Below, in pieces: positions 1 through 8,277 of a stretch of 64,000 bases of DNA. Made by a program: the position numbers and the translations under genes. Within the stretch, counting starts at the first letter, position 1. Every line of letters begins with the position of its first letter. The DNA is from an uncultured virus (IMG/VR IMGVR_UViG_3300032030_000077) (Duplodnaviria; Heunggongvirae; Uroviricota; Caudoviricetes): the IMG/VR virus record IMGVR_UViG_3300032030_000077. One strand, written 5' to 3'. The notes beneath the pieces were generated by a model that did no database searches, was not told the DNA's origin, and saw nothing but the letters and a program-made list of their open reading frames with translations.

Positions 1-4
1 ATAC

Positions 5-38
5 AGGGGGTGGGGGTGATTTTCGGAGACCCCCCCTA
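5..38. other. G-tract/C-tract element near the probable genome terminus (possible cos/packaging region)
   Basis: AGGGGGTGGGGGTG...ACCCCCCCT imperfect inverted repeat beyond the last gene; an HNH nuclease plus terminase suggests cos-type packaging (inference). Confidence 0.35.
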
Positions 39-169
39 TACCTTTGATATGGGTGCCAAAACGGATACTGGGCTCATAGAGCGGGTAACCATGCATTTTC
101 TCATTTAATTCTCTTTCTTTAATGCTATTTGTTGTATACAAGTTCAAACAGAAAACTAATAGATTTCTT

Positions 170-256
170 TTAATCATAGAGAATGCTAAGAAAACTAGTA
201 TTAATAATCTTCGCGATTATTCTCAAACTATTTAACTTAACATTCTCTATAATTAA
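170..256 (-). other. Long RNA hairpin in the 3' trailer of the RNAP operon
   Basis: 21-bp stem (236-256 with 170-190) with 2 G-U pairs on the minus strand; inner hairpin AAUAAUC-GCGAA-GAUUAUU. Confidence 0.6.
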
Positions 257-260
257 TTAC

Positions 261-388
261 ATAACACAAGAACACAAAACACCAAATGATACACACATTA
301 ATGGGGTGAGAGATCATTGTAGGTTTTGTCATAAAAGAGGGTAGAATGACCGATAGCAAACAGGTTGGTGCTAGTGCTCTTGTGTTAT
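261..388 (-). ncRNA. Putative multi-arm antisense RNA (3' trailer of the RNAP operon)
   Basis: 15-bp plus 8-bp closing stems with G-U pairs on the minus strand; two inner hairpins whose loops are complementary to the 5' UTR at 25410-25447. Confidence 0.6.
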
Positions 389-398
389 AGTAATCTAC

Positions 399-677
399 TT
401 AATAATCTTCGTCATCACCATAATCGATCTCTACTTCTTTTTGTACTTTTACATACATTTTTGTAGGATCACTGGCAATAAACGAATCAATGACACGTTC
501 AATATTTCTCGCTTCTACAGTTGGCGGCAAATTTTCCAAATCATCGTAAAGTCTTGCTAAAATTCCACAAGAATTGTAACCTTTTGAATTGTCAAAATTG
601 TACCAATTGTCAAAATCAGTAAAAGGATCATAAGGATTGTCAATTGTGGAGAGCATAGAATCAAGAACTTTTTCCAT
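399..677 (-). CDS. Small acidic hypothetical protein abutting the RNAP gene
   Basis: 92-aa ORF; AGGAGG RBS; starts immediately after the RNAP stop. Confidence 0.8.
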   Translation of the reverse strand: MEKVLDSMLSTIDNPYDPFTDFDNWYNFDNSKGYNSCGILARLYDDLENLPPTVEARNIERVIDSFIASDPTKMYVKVQKEVEIDYGDDEDY

Positions 678-3602
678 TTATGCCTCCTTTTTATTAAGTA
701 TGTTAGAAATCGTGCTTGTAGACACATTCATAACATCAGCAATTTGTGAAATTGTATAGACATTGTTGTTATACATAGCTAAAACTCTTGCTTTTTGAGC
801 CTCAGATAGACCGCTTCTAGAGGTAGGTTTAGGTGTTGCCCTTTCTCTAAGAACGTCAGGATCTGTAAACCTCAAGATGTCGGATAATACGGTATGCGAT
901 ACTGCCCTAGCCTGTATAGCCTCCCATTCCCTATCCGTGATCTCAAAGTTCCTATTCTTACGGTTAGAGCCTACTGCATCTCTAGCTCTATCTATGGCTC
1001 TTTGCCTATTCTTCTTATCTTCTTTCTTCCAAGGTTCTATAGACGGATCTAGCCTATACTGCCTCTGTATCTCTGCATTAGCTAATACCTGGGCATATGC
1101 TTCCCTTGGTGCCTGCTTAATAGCATTATTGAGCTTAGCTTTTAATGAAGCAACTTCTGCTTTATACATCTCTGCAGCAGCAGGATCTACTTTGTCTTTA
1201 ACAATGTATACCTGTTCTTTTCTTGCTTCATTGGCCATGTCTTTCATACGCTTAGCGTATTTAGCATATTCTTCTTCTACAGCAGTACCTGTGGATAGGC
1301 TATAGGGATCTCTGGTAGCAGCCATCTGAGTAGTCTTCTGTGTTACAGGTATCTGTACACTGTCATCATACTCATATCTTGTCTTACCATTCTCATCGAT
1401 ATACTTCTTGCCTTTCTTAGATCTTGTTTCACCACTAAGTTTGTATACCAAAGCTCCTTCAGGAAGAGTCTCATCATACCAAGGCTTTCCTTTTTGATTA
1501 ATTCTAGGATTACCCTGAGTTTTAGGTACTCTAGCTTCTCCTGTAGCTCTAGACAATAATGTTCCAGCACCACCAACTTTGACGTTTCCATCAGCATCTA
1601 CGTGTGTCTGGAATTCTTTCTTAAGAGACTTAATATCATTGTCTATTTCAGACTGTTTCCAATCGAGCTTATGCTTTTCAGCATCAATTACAGTCTGTGA
1701 ATGTCTTATTGCTCTTTCGAGCTTATCATTAGAAGCACCAGCAACAGTCATATCTGTAATAAGATTGGTTATCACACCCATCTGTTTCTGAGTTCCAGAA
1801 GAAGTCATAACAGTAATCGGAATGCCATTCTTATTTAAATATACTGTCTTGCCATTTCTCTCTACTGCTTTAGTGCCATAAGTCTCTTTAGCATCGAATC
1901 CAACAAGACCAGGAAAAGGCTTCTGATTCTGAATATCAATCTTACTTCCTTTGCCTGTAGGTATAACAAGAACATCATCACCATCAAAGTCAGCACCTGA
2001 AAGTCTATCGGCATTGAACTTATTAATGCCAACAGCATCTCTAGCCTGTTTAGTCATAACCTTAATGGCTTCAGGATTATTGTTGTTAACTGTAAGAATA
2101 GGTATTTCAGATGTAGATCCATGAGGGAATCTAATAAGAGCTACCTTTTCTCCATTCTTATAGTTCGGTGCATAAACTTCATCATCTTTCAAAGAAGGAA
2201 TAGGTAATATAACCTGATAAGCCTGTCTTGGAAATGCTGAAGCAGCAAGATTAACAGCATCTGAATCACACTTAGAAGCGAATTCTCTGAGATAATGTTC
2301 TCTTACAGCAGGATTGTTGATACGCATAATATCGTCAAACTCTGCTCTCTTCTCTTCATAAGTGTAATTAAGCTGTCTCTTAATGAGTTCAGGAGGCTGC
2401 TTTGATAGCATCTGTGAAGGAACAGTCTTAGAATATCCACCCCAATCTCCTTCAGGATGTACCATATTGATAGCACCTTGTCTTTCAACACCATTCTCAT
2501 CAGTATACTTTGGCTGTCCACCAGCCTGTATTACTGCACCAAAAGGATTATCAGGATCACTCTTGATAGGCTTAAGAACACCATTCTTGCCATCCATCAT
2601 CTTTGTGCCCTGATGCTTGTTAGTATTGAAACGAATATCAACACCATCAGGAAGATCATCAGAATATACAGCCATTCCTTTAAGATAATATCCATTATCA
2701 ACAAGGATTCTTACCTGTGCATAATGATTTCCACCAAGATTCAGATCCTTAGCGCCTCTTCTGATCTCAATAAGACCATCTTTATCTATTCCACCTTCTT
2801 CTGCATAACAAATAGAAACACGCTTTGAATCAACTGAAACAGGAGGCTTAGGTCTATTGAATGTTTCACCACCATCTTCAGAATGATACTCAATAACAGA
2901 ATTGATCTCTCCATTATCTCTAGCAATATACATAGCATGTGATACCTGCTTCTGAGAATATCCAGGAGGGAACTTACCAGCAAGTGTTCTGTTAGTCTGT
3001 TGTCCTTTGTTAGTAACCTGAGGAATACCTATTGTTGCTACAGAATATCCATCAAGTTTCATCATCTCCAAAGCCTGAGCCATGGTAGATTCAGAAACAT
3101 CTATAGCTTGTGGTACACCTTTACCAACATCGATTATTCCTTTCTCTTCAATCTGTCTCTCAAGAAAGTCTGCAGTGTTTCTTGCTTTGTTTGCATTTAC
3201 TTCAACAACATTATTCTTCCACCAATTACGAACAGTTCCTTCAGTAACGCCAAGAGCATTTGCAATCTCAACATTAGTCTTTCCTTCATCACGCATCTGC
3301 TTGGCAGTAGTTATTCTGGCTGACTGTCTCTGTCTACTAATAACTGACTTCCATCTGACTAACTCAGTTGTAGAGCATTCCATCTTATCAGCGATCTCTT
3401 TGTTAGAAAGACCCTGCTTCTTATACTCTTCAACTTCGTCAAGCCATTTACATGAATTTGCGTAAGCGTCATCATGCTGATATGGATTTTCTCCAGATCC
3501 CCAAGGAAATCTACCAGAACGACGCTTCACGCCATAGTGCTCTAAATATAAACCTTCTTCTAACTCGACGAAGGCTTTGAACTCTTCGTAAGAACTTGAC
3601 AT
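678..3602 (-). CDS. Putative single-subunit two-barrel DNA-dependent RNA polymerase (YonO/QDE-1-like) with HTH domains
   Basis: Catalytic GADFDGD (D538/540/542, nt 1977-1991), upstream RFPH, DGLIEI and QVR..LKGM motifs, downstream GVITN and VIDAEK; two N-terminal HTHs and one C-terminal HTH. Confidence 0.8.
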   Translation of the reverse strand: MSSSYEEFKAFVELEEGLYLEHYGVKRRSGRFPWGSGENPYQHDDAYANSCKWLDEVEEYKKQGLSNKEIADKMECSTTELVRWKSVISRQRQSARITTAKQMRDEGKTNVEIANALGVTEGTVRNWWKNNVVEVNANKARNTADFLERQIEEKGIIDVGKGVPQAIDVSESTMAQALEMMKLDGYSVATIGIPQVTNKGQQTNRTLAGKFPPGYSQKQVSHAMYIARDNGEINSVIEYHSEDGGETFNRPKPPVSVDSKRVSICYAEEGGIDKDGLIEIRRGAKDLNLGGNHYAQVRILVDNGYYLKGMAVYSDDLPDGVDIRFNTNKHQGTKMMDGKNGVLKPIKSDPDNPFGAVIQAGGQPKYTDENGVERQGAINMVHPEGDWGGYSKTVPSQMLSKQPPELIKRQLNYTYEEKRAEFDDIMRINNPAVREHYLREFASKCDSDAVNLAASAFPRQAYQVILPIPSLKDDEVYAPNYKNGEKVALIRFPHGSTSEIPILTVNNNNPEAIKVMTKQARDAVGINKFNADRLSGADFDGDDVLVIPTGKGSKIDIQNQKPFPGLVGFDAKETYGTKAVERNGKTVYLNKNGIPITVMTSSGTQKQMGVITNLITDMTVAGASNDKLERAIRHSQTVIDAEKHKLDWKQSEIDNDIKSLKKEFQTHVDADGNVKVGGAGTLLSRATGEARVPKTQGNPRINQKGKPWYDETLPEGALVYKLSGETRSKKGKKYIDENGKTRYEYDDSVQIPVTQKTTQMAATRDPYSLSTGTAVEEEYAKYAKRMKDMANEARKEQVYIVKDKVDPAAAEMYKAEVASLKAKLNNAIKQAPREAYAQVLANAEIQRQYRLDPSIEPWKKEDKKNRQRAIDRARDAVGSNRKNRNFEITDREWEAIQARAVSHTVLSDILRFTDPDVLRERATPKPTSRSGLSEAQKARVLAMYNNNVYTISQIADVMNVSTSTISNILNKKEA

Positions 3603-3603
3603 G

Positions 3604-4164
3604 TTAGTTCTCCTTTTCGTTTATTCCCCTCAAAAGCTTTGTTCCGGCAATGATCTTGTCCATGATTGGGACTATGTTTTCTACTGATGGTTCAAATATC
3701 AATATATCATCGTTCTGATAAATTCTTAGCTCCATTCCGATGTCACCAGGCTTCACGTGATACTCCAAACAAAAAAGAGCAGCGTATACTTCAAGCTGCT
3801 CCTTGTGTGCTGGTATTATTCCAGTCTTAAGATCGTGTATCCTTAAGAAACCTTTCTTCTCATCGAACTTAATTGCATCGGCTGTACCAAAACAATATTC
3901 GCTATAATATAAAATGACTTCAGGTGACATACCGAAGCCAATAGCGTCATTTACATAATTTGCAAGATTAGCAGTTCCTTTTAACTTCTGCCTTAACTTT
4001 ATACATTGCGCTGCGAACTCGTGTAACTCTGTTCCTCTTTCAGCAGCTTTGTAATTTCTATAGGCCTCAATAAGATGGTCATCACTGTAATTGATCCAGT
4101 GATACTTACTTGCTCCCATAAAAGCATGAAGCCCACTAAGAGTAGAATGATTGTTCCAGTTCAT
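3604..4164 (-). CDS. PD-(D/E)XK / Cas4-like exonuclease
   Basis: GTELH, GTADAI, IHDLKTG and QLEVY motifs. Confidence 0.75.
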   Translation of the reverse strand: MNWNNHSTLSGLHAFMGASKYHWINYSDDHLIEAYRNYKAAERGTELHEFAAQCIKLRQKLKGTANLANYVNDAIGFGMSPEVILYYSEYCFGTADAIKFDEKKGFLRIHDLKTGIIPAHKEQLEVYAALFCLEYHVKPGDIGMELRIYQNDDILIFEPSVENIVPIMDKIIAGTKLLRGINEKEN

Positions 4165-4432
4165 CTAAGACCTCCTCCTTATTCTCTGGAAATATAAATG
4201 CTGCGAATGACATGTCTCTCATCTTCTCAACGTAGTAATCCTGGTTGGGTTGATGTTTGGCATTTCTTGATCGTTTGCATTCCAAGGCGGCCCATTTGTT
4301 ATTAAACAAAATTAAGAGATCTGGAATTCCCTGAATATAATTTGCATCGTTCTTCATAACTACGCATCCAGGAAATCGTTCTTTTAACTCTTTGATAAGG
4401 TTGGCCTGGAATCTGTTTTCTCTTTCTGCCAT
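4136..4432 (-). CDS. VRR-NUC domain nuclease (possible Holliday junction resolvase)
   Basis: E..FQ, GIPDL, ALECK and QPNQ motifs; start moved to the ATG at 4432 after GGAGG. Confidence 0.8.
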   Translation of the reverse strand: MAERENRFQANLIKELKERFPGCVVMKNDANYIQGIPDLLILFNNKWAALECKRSRNAKHQPNQDYYVEKMRDMSFAAFIFPENKEEVLDELEQSFYS

Positions 4433-4444
4433 CAGAAACCTCCA

Positions 4445-4482
4445 AAAAGCAAAAGAGAGAAAGTTCACATTTTCTTTCTCTC
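4445..4482 (-). terminator. Promoter-proximal intrinsic terminator/attenuator
   Basis: GAGAGAAAG-10nt-CUUUCUCUC followed by UUUUGCUUUUU, directly after the 4483-4508 motif. Confidence 0.6.
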
Positions 4483-4508
4483 CATAAAAGGGCCTGTTTT
4501 TTTTACGA
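4483..4508 (-). promoter_or_regulatory. 26-nt phage promoter motif heading the nuclease-RNAP operon
   Basis: TCGTAAAAAAAACAGGCCCTTTTATG; one of 18 copies of identical length. Confidence 0.75.
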
Positions 4509-4544
4509 TTTGAAGAAATACCTGAAAATATTAATTTTTACCCG

Positions 4545-4811
4545 TGTGTTGTTTTTTTTTTTTTTTTACTTTCTCCTATATTTTTTTATTATTTTTTTAT
4601 AAAAGTATAAAAAAAAAATAACAAAACAACACAAAACCCCGCAAACCCAGTATCCATGCGGGTTTCAGCTGTGTTGTTTTTCAAATAAAAACAACACAAA
4701 AACAACACAAAACAACACAAAACCCCATTTTTTGGCCATTTTTCACCAAAAATATCATTTTCAATTTTCAAGTTTTCAAAAACAACACAAAAACAACACA
4801 AAAACAACACA
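4545..4811. repeat. Iteron-like repeat region, putative replication origin
   Basis: 7 direct AACAACACA copies (4625, 4690, 4701, 4711, 4781, 4792, 4803), 2 inverted copies (4545, 4670), an AT/poly-T tract and an AAACCC-N11-GGGTTT palindrome; non-coding. Confidence 0.6.
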
Positions 4812-4870
4812 AAAAAATAAAAGGAAAAAGGGCCTTTTCGACCCTTAATCCTTGATTAATTACAGGTTAA

Positions 4871-5209
4871 TCACCCCTCGGATTCCTCCAAATCCTCATT
4901 CTTTTTCTCAATTTTGAGGCTGTCATCGTACATCGCAGCCACGAAGCGAGGGTCCTTTCTTCCCTCGAAACCCTTACCTTTAGCAAGGAGATCAAGCTGC
5001 TCGTTCTGCTTACGGGTTGCCTTGCTTGAACTGACTACGCTTACCCCAATCATCAGCGCTAATGGCGCTACGATCGGAAGCATTGCTCCGCCAACTTCTG
5101 CAAGACCATCCTTAAACTTATCGAGCCTTTCCTGTCTCTTATGCTTTCGGTTGATCTTTTCGAGTTCTCTCTGTGCTCTCTCTTCTTCGGTCATCTGCTT
5201 CTTACTCAT
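4871..5209 (-). CDS. Hypothetical membrane-anchored protein
   Basis: ORF with GGAGG RBS and one hydrophobic segment; has its own promoter motif at 5255-5280. Confidence 0.75.
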   Translation of the reverse strand: MSKKQMTEEERAQRELEKINRKHKRQERLDKFKDGLAEVGGAMLPIVAPLALMIGVSVVSSSKATRKQNEQLDLLAKGKGFEGRKDPRFVAAMYDDSLKIEKKNEDLEESEG

Positions 5210-5254
5210 GTTCATTCCTCCTTATTTAGAAAACATGATTGTTTATAAGTTATC

Positions 5255-5280
5255 CATTAAATACCTAATAATTTTTACGA
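5255..5280 (-). promoter_or_regulatory. 26-nt phage promoter motif
   Basis: TCGTAAAAATTATTAGGTATTTAATG. Confidence 0.75.
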
Positions 5281-5284
5281 TTGC

Positions 5285-5323
5285 AAAAAGAAAAGAGCCT
5301 GATCAAATATCAATCAAGCTCTT
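5285..5323 (-). terminator. Intrinsic terminator
   Basis: AAGAGCUUGAU...AUCAGGCUCUU plus U-tract after the 5332-5514 gene. Confidence 0.7.
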
Positions 5324-5331
5324 ACTTTGAA

Positions 5332-5514
5332 TTAAAGTAGGTCTCCAGTTACATATTTCTTTGCCAACTTAACTACCATTCGTCCATCAGCATTGGAAAT
5401 CTCTGCGTGATCAAATCCAGGATGTCTATTAAACCATTTCCCAAATTTATCTGCAGGCATTCCACCTACGAACCAATAATAATAGTTACTGTCGCTCTTA
5501 ACACGTATACCCAT
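5332..5514 (-). CDS. Hypothetical protein
   Basis: 60-aa ORF with AAAGGAGG RBS, flanked by a promoter motif and a terminator. Confidence 0.75.
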   Translation of the reverse strand: MGIRVKSDSNYYYWFVGGMPADKFGKWFNRHPGFDHAEISNADGRMVVKLAKKYVTGDLL

Positions 5515-5534
5515 AGTATACCCTCCTTTCTCTT

Positions 5535-5560
5535 CATTAAATAATATGTATTATTTACGA
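5535..5560 (-). promoter_or_regulatory. 26-nt phage promoter motif
   Basis: TCGTAAATAATACATATTATTTAATG. Confidence 0.75.
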
Positions 5561-5583
5561 TTCAAAAGGAAAAGGGCCAAATA

Positions 5584-5781
5584 TCAGCCCTTAGTTTCCT
5601 CATTACTCCTGTCAGTGAATCCAAGTATCTTGGTTCTTTCCTTTTTGATTACTCCATTCTTAGCAGCTTTTTCGTGTCTTATGGACTTTCTTATGCCATT
5701 TATTATTCCGCTTAAGATCCCTCCAAATACTTCACTCAAAAAGAATGCTAAAGCCAGTTCAAATATAAATTCCCAATTCAT
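5584..5781 (-). CDS. Small membrane protein
   Basis: AGGAGGTG RBS before MNWEF; hydrophobic N-terminus. Confidence 0.7.
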   Translation of the reverse strand: MNWEFIFELALAFFLSEVFGGILSGIINGIRKSIRHEKAAKNGVIKKERTKILGFTDRSNEETKG

Positions 5782-5796
5782 AGTTTTCACCTCCTT

Positions 5797-5822
5797 CATA
5801 AAACGAGATGAATTATTTACGA
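5797..5822 (-). promoter_or_regulatory. 26-nt phage promoter motif
   Basis: TCGTAAATAATTCATCTCGTTTTATG, overlapping the helicase stop. Confidence 0.75.
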
Positions 5823-6968
5823 CATTCCTTTAACCCACGCCGATTCGTTGAAATTCTTTTTATCCGAAAGAGCCCTACTAATAGCCAAATCAATCCCTGC
5901 CCGCGACTTCAAATGGTAAAAATATAAATCGACGAATGGAGTATTAATTCGGTCAATTCGTCCTGCAGCTTGTTCTGTCTGTTTATACGAGTAGCTTTGA
6001 GAGTAGAATACAATCGTGTCGGTAAGAATACAATTCCATCCTTCTGACCCAGAATTGTATTGCACGAGATAGATCCAGCGGTCACTATTAATAGGAATCT
6101 CTTGATGCTTATGTCCATTCCATTCTGCAATTTCATAAGATCCGCCATTAAATCGCCTTTTAATGAGTTCAAGTTCGTAATCGTAATTGTAGAATATAAC
6201 AACTTTTCCCTTCCGTTCCGCAATTTCATATAATGCGTCAAGTCTTGAACGGTCAGAATTAACAATTTTCCTGAGGCAATAGCACATCGCTCCAGCATTT
6301 TGGAATGGTTCTTCTTTAAAGATGTCCCAGCGATCCTTAATAACACGCTTATAATCAGCAAGCGAATACGAACAATAAATATCTTCATGATGTCTTACCG
6401 TCTTCCTTTCAAAGTCCATAGGTACGAGTATCTTTCGTCTCAAGCCATTCAAATATCCAGTGTGAACATAGCCGTCAATTTTAGGAAAGGTAGTATAACG
6501 ATTCCATATAACATGCTTCTGATTGAATTCAGTACGATTCCTAAAATATCCATTAGCTATAAAGATAGGAACATAGTCAGTCCAGCAATCACCAGGTGTA
6601 GCAGATAGCACAATCCATTTGTTAGCCTTAGCAATCTTAAGAAATGCTTTCACCCATGCACCAGTGCCAGTAATACGATCTTCGTCAAATATAAAGAATG
6701 CACCCGTAACTTGCGAGTACTTCTTAATATTATTCCAGCTATCCACTACCTCAGCCTTCATGCGAGGAAAATATAAAATCTCCTGTTCCCATTCCATCTC
6801 ATCACGCTTCTTAGCAGTGGTGATAATGTAAAGCTTAAGATTCGAATGATTCCTATGATAGTATTCCAGCGCAGTCCGGGACTTGCCCGAACCAACGCCA
6901 CCAGCCAGAATACAACCGTTATGCATATTCAGAAGCGCTTTCTTCTGATGTTCGTATAGTTCGGGCAT
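5817..6968 (-). CDS. Superfamily 2 (SNF2/DEAD-like) helicase
   Basis: Q-motif LYEHQ, Walker A GVGSGKS, FDED, LSATPG and QAAGRIDR. Confidence 0.85.
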   Translation of the reverse strand: MPELYEHQKKALLNMHNGCILAGGVGSGKSRTALEYYHRNHSNLKLYIITTAKKRDEMEWEQEILYFPRMKAEVVDSWNNIKKYSQVTGAFFIFDEDRITGTGAWVKAFLKIAKANKWIVLSATPGDCWTDYVPIFIANGYFRNRTEFNQKHVIWNRYTTFPKIDGYVHTGYLNGLRRKILVPMDFERKTVRHHEDIYCSYSLADYKRVIKDRWDIFKEEPFQNAGAMCYCLRKIVNSDRSRLDALYEIAERKGKVVIFYNYDYELELIKRRFNGGSYEIAEWNGHKHQEIPINSDRWIYLVQYNSGSEGWNCILTDTIVFYSQSYSYKQTEQAAGRIDRINTPFVDLYFYHLKSRAGIDLAISRALSDKKNFNESAWVKGMS

Positions 6969-6973
6969 ATGAT

Positions 6974-7165
6974 TTACTCCATTTCTTTCCATTCATCCTT
7001 ATCCAATTTATCCGCTATCACAGCAAGAGACACAGAAATATCAGAAAGCAAACTTGCTATTGTTCCAAGATTCCAACAAATAAGCTCTTCACTTGTGCCT
7101 TTTTCTTTCTTATTCTTTATGATTACTGATAGGAGATCAGCGTTTTCTTTTACTCTATTGCTCAT
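6974..7165 (-). CDS. Hypothetical protein
   Basis: 63-aa ORF with AAAGGAG RBS. Confidence 0.7.
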   Translation of the reverse strand: MSNRVKENADLLSVIIKNKKEKGTSEELICWNLGTIASLLSDISVSLAVIADKLDKDEWKEME

Positions 7166-7188
7166 TTCTATTTCTCCTTTCCTTAATT

Positions 7189-7270
7189 GACTACCCTATG
7201 ACCTCTTGCTCCCAAGTAGTCTGCCGCTCGATTTCCACGCCTAACGAACACGAACGGTTCCCCAAGCAAA
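7189..7270 (-). ncRNA. Putative structured cis RNA with pseudoknot potential
   Basis: GC-rich intergenic gap; stems UUGCUU/GAGCAA, CCGUUCG/CGAGCGG and GACUACUU/GGGUAGUC, each with G-U pairs on the minus strand. Confidence 0.45.
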
Positions 7271-7282
7271 TATCTTTATAAG

Positions 7283-7567
7283 TTATATGTCATATGACCC
7301 AAATGTCATTCTCTCAATACCATGAATGTTCTTAGATTGTGCAGACTCCTTCTGAGGGAATAAGTCTTCATTAATCTTATTAAGAACATACTCATAAGCT
7401 GCATCACGATCTTCTTCTGACTCATATACGGCAAAGCATACGTCAGAATTGGTCTCGATGTGTAATTCGTAGCATGATCCTTTATTATTAATACTGATAT
7501 TAATGTCTTTCATAGGATCAATAAACAAAACGGTTTTGCGATTATCTTTTAAATCTAAACGTAACAT
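7283..7567 (-). CDS. Hypothetical protein
   Basis: 94-aa ORF with AGGAGG RBS. Confidence 0.7.
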   Translation of the reverse strand: MLRLDLKDNRKTVLFIDPMKDINISINNKGSCYELHIETNSDVCFAVYESEEDRDAAYEYVLNKINEDLFPQKESAQSKNIHGIERMTFGSYDI

Positions 7568-7568
7568 A

Positions 7569-7790
7569 TCATTCCTCCTTATTTCTTGCTAATAAACTAT
7601 CCCTAAATGACTCGATAAATCCAGTCTTCAGGATACTTAATTTGTAAGCTCTATGAATAAGTTCACGTATGATCCAGGCTTTACACATACCGGATTGCTT
7701 ACGAAGACTCTCAAGCTCTGCTGCAGTCTCAGCATCAAGTCTAACTCGATACTGAATATCTTTAGGATTTTCTTTCTTAGGTCTTGCCAT
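7569..7790 (-). CDS. Ribbon-helix-helix (CopG-like) DNA-binding protein
   Basis: MARPKKENPK..YRVRLD..L.....GM.KA.IIR pattern. Confidence 0.65.
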   Translation of the reverse strand: MARPKKENPKDIQYRVRLDAETAAELESLRKQSGMCKAWIIRELIHRAYKLSILKTGFIESFRDSLLARNKEE

Positions 7791-7795
7791 AAATA

Positions 7796-8062
7796 TCAAC
7801 CTCCTCTTCCGTTATTAAAAGCCTCAGCTAATTCTTCATTAGTATATTCATGCTTATCCTGTTCATCCAGCTTCATGCATGTCCATCCATCTCCGCGAGT
7901 CTTGATCTCAGTATCTTTCGGAGCAATCACAACCTCGCAGTAATCAGGAAGGATAATCACACCGTTTTCCTTCTGCTTAAGAATGCTCTCATACAGTTTC
8001 GTAGCCTGATCATTCTTCATCAAGAACGGGTATTTAACTATCAAAATATCATCTTTGTTCAT
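7796..8062 (-). CDS. Hypothetical protein
   Basis: 88-aa ORF in a tightly packed operon with GGAGG RBS. Confidence 0.7.
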   Translation of the reverse strand: MNKDDILIVKYPFLMKNDQATKLYESILKQKENGVIILPDYCEVVIAPKDTEIKTRGDGWTCMKLDEQDKHEYTNEELAEAFNNGRGG

Positions 8063-8276
8063 TCTGTATTCCTCCCATCACCATTTCACGAATCTCATCA
8101 ACACTAGGAGTAGTAAGTTCCTTTATCATTTCTTCATCCGCAGTGACAATCTTAAAATGAAAATCGTGCTCAATGCCAAAACCAACTGGCGTACCCAAAT
8201 CAGTCTCAAATATCAATCTATTAGCCTGGATTATTCTATCGTTTTCATCCAGAACTGTTACTATAGCTTTTAACAT
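8049..8276 (-). CDS. Hypothetical protein
   Basis: 75-aa ORF with AGGAGG RBS. Confidence 0.7.
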   Translation of the reverse strand: MLKAIVTVLDENDRIIQANRLIFETDLGTPVGFGIEHDFHFKIVTADEEMIKELTTPSVDEIREMVMGGIQNEQR

Positions 8277-8277
8277 G

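Noticed and set aside
4589..4810. 73-aa minus-strand ORF
   Set aside because: Low-complexity translation of the iteron repeats with no RBS.
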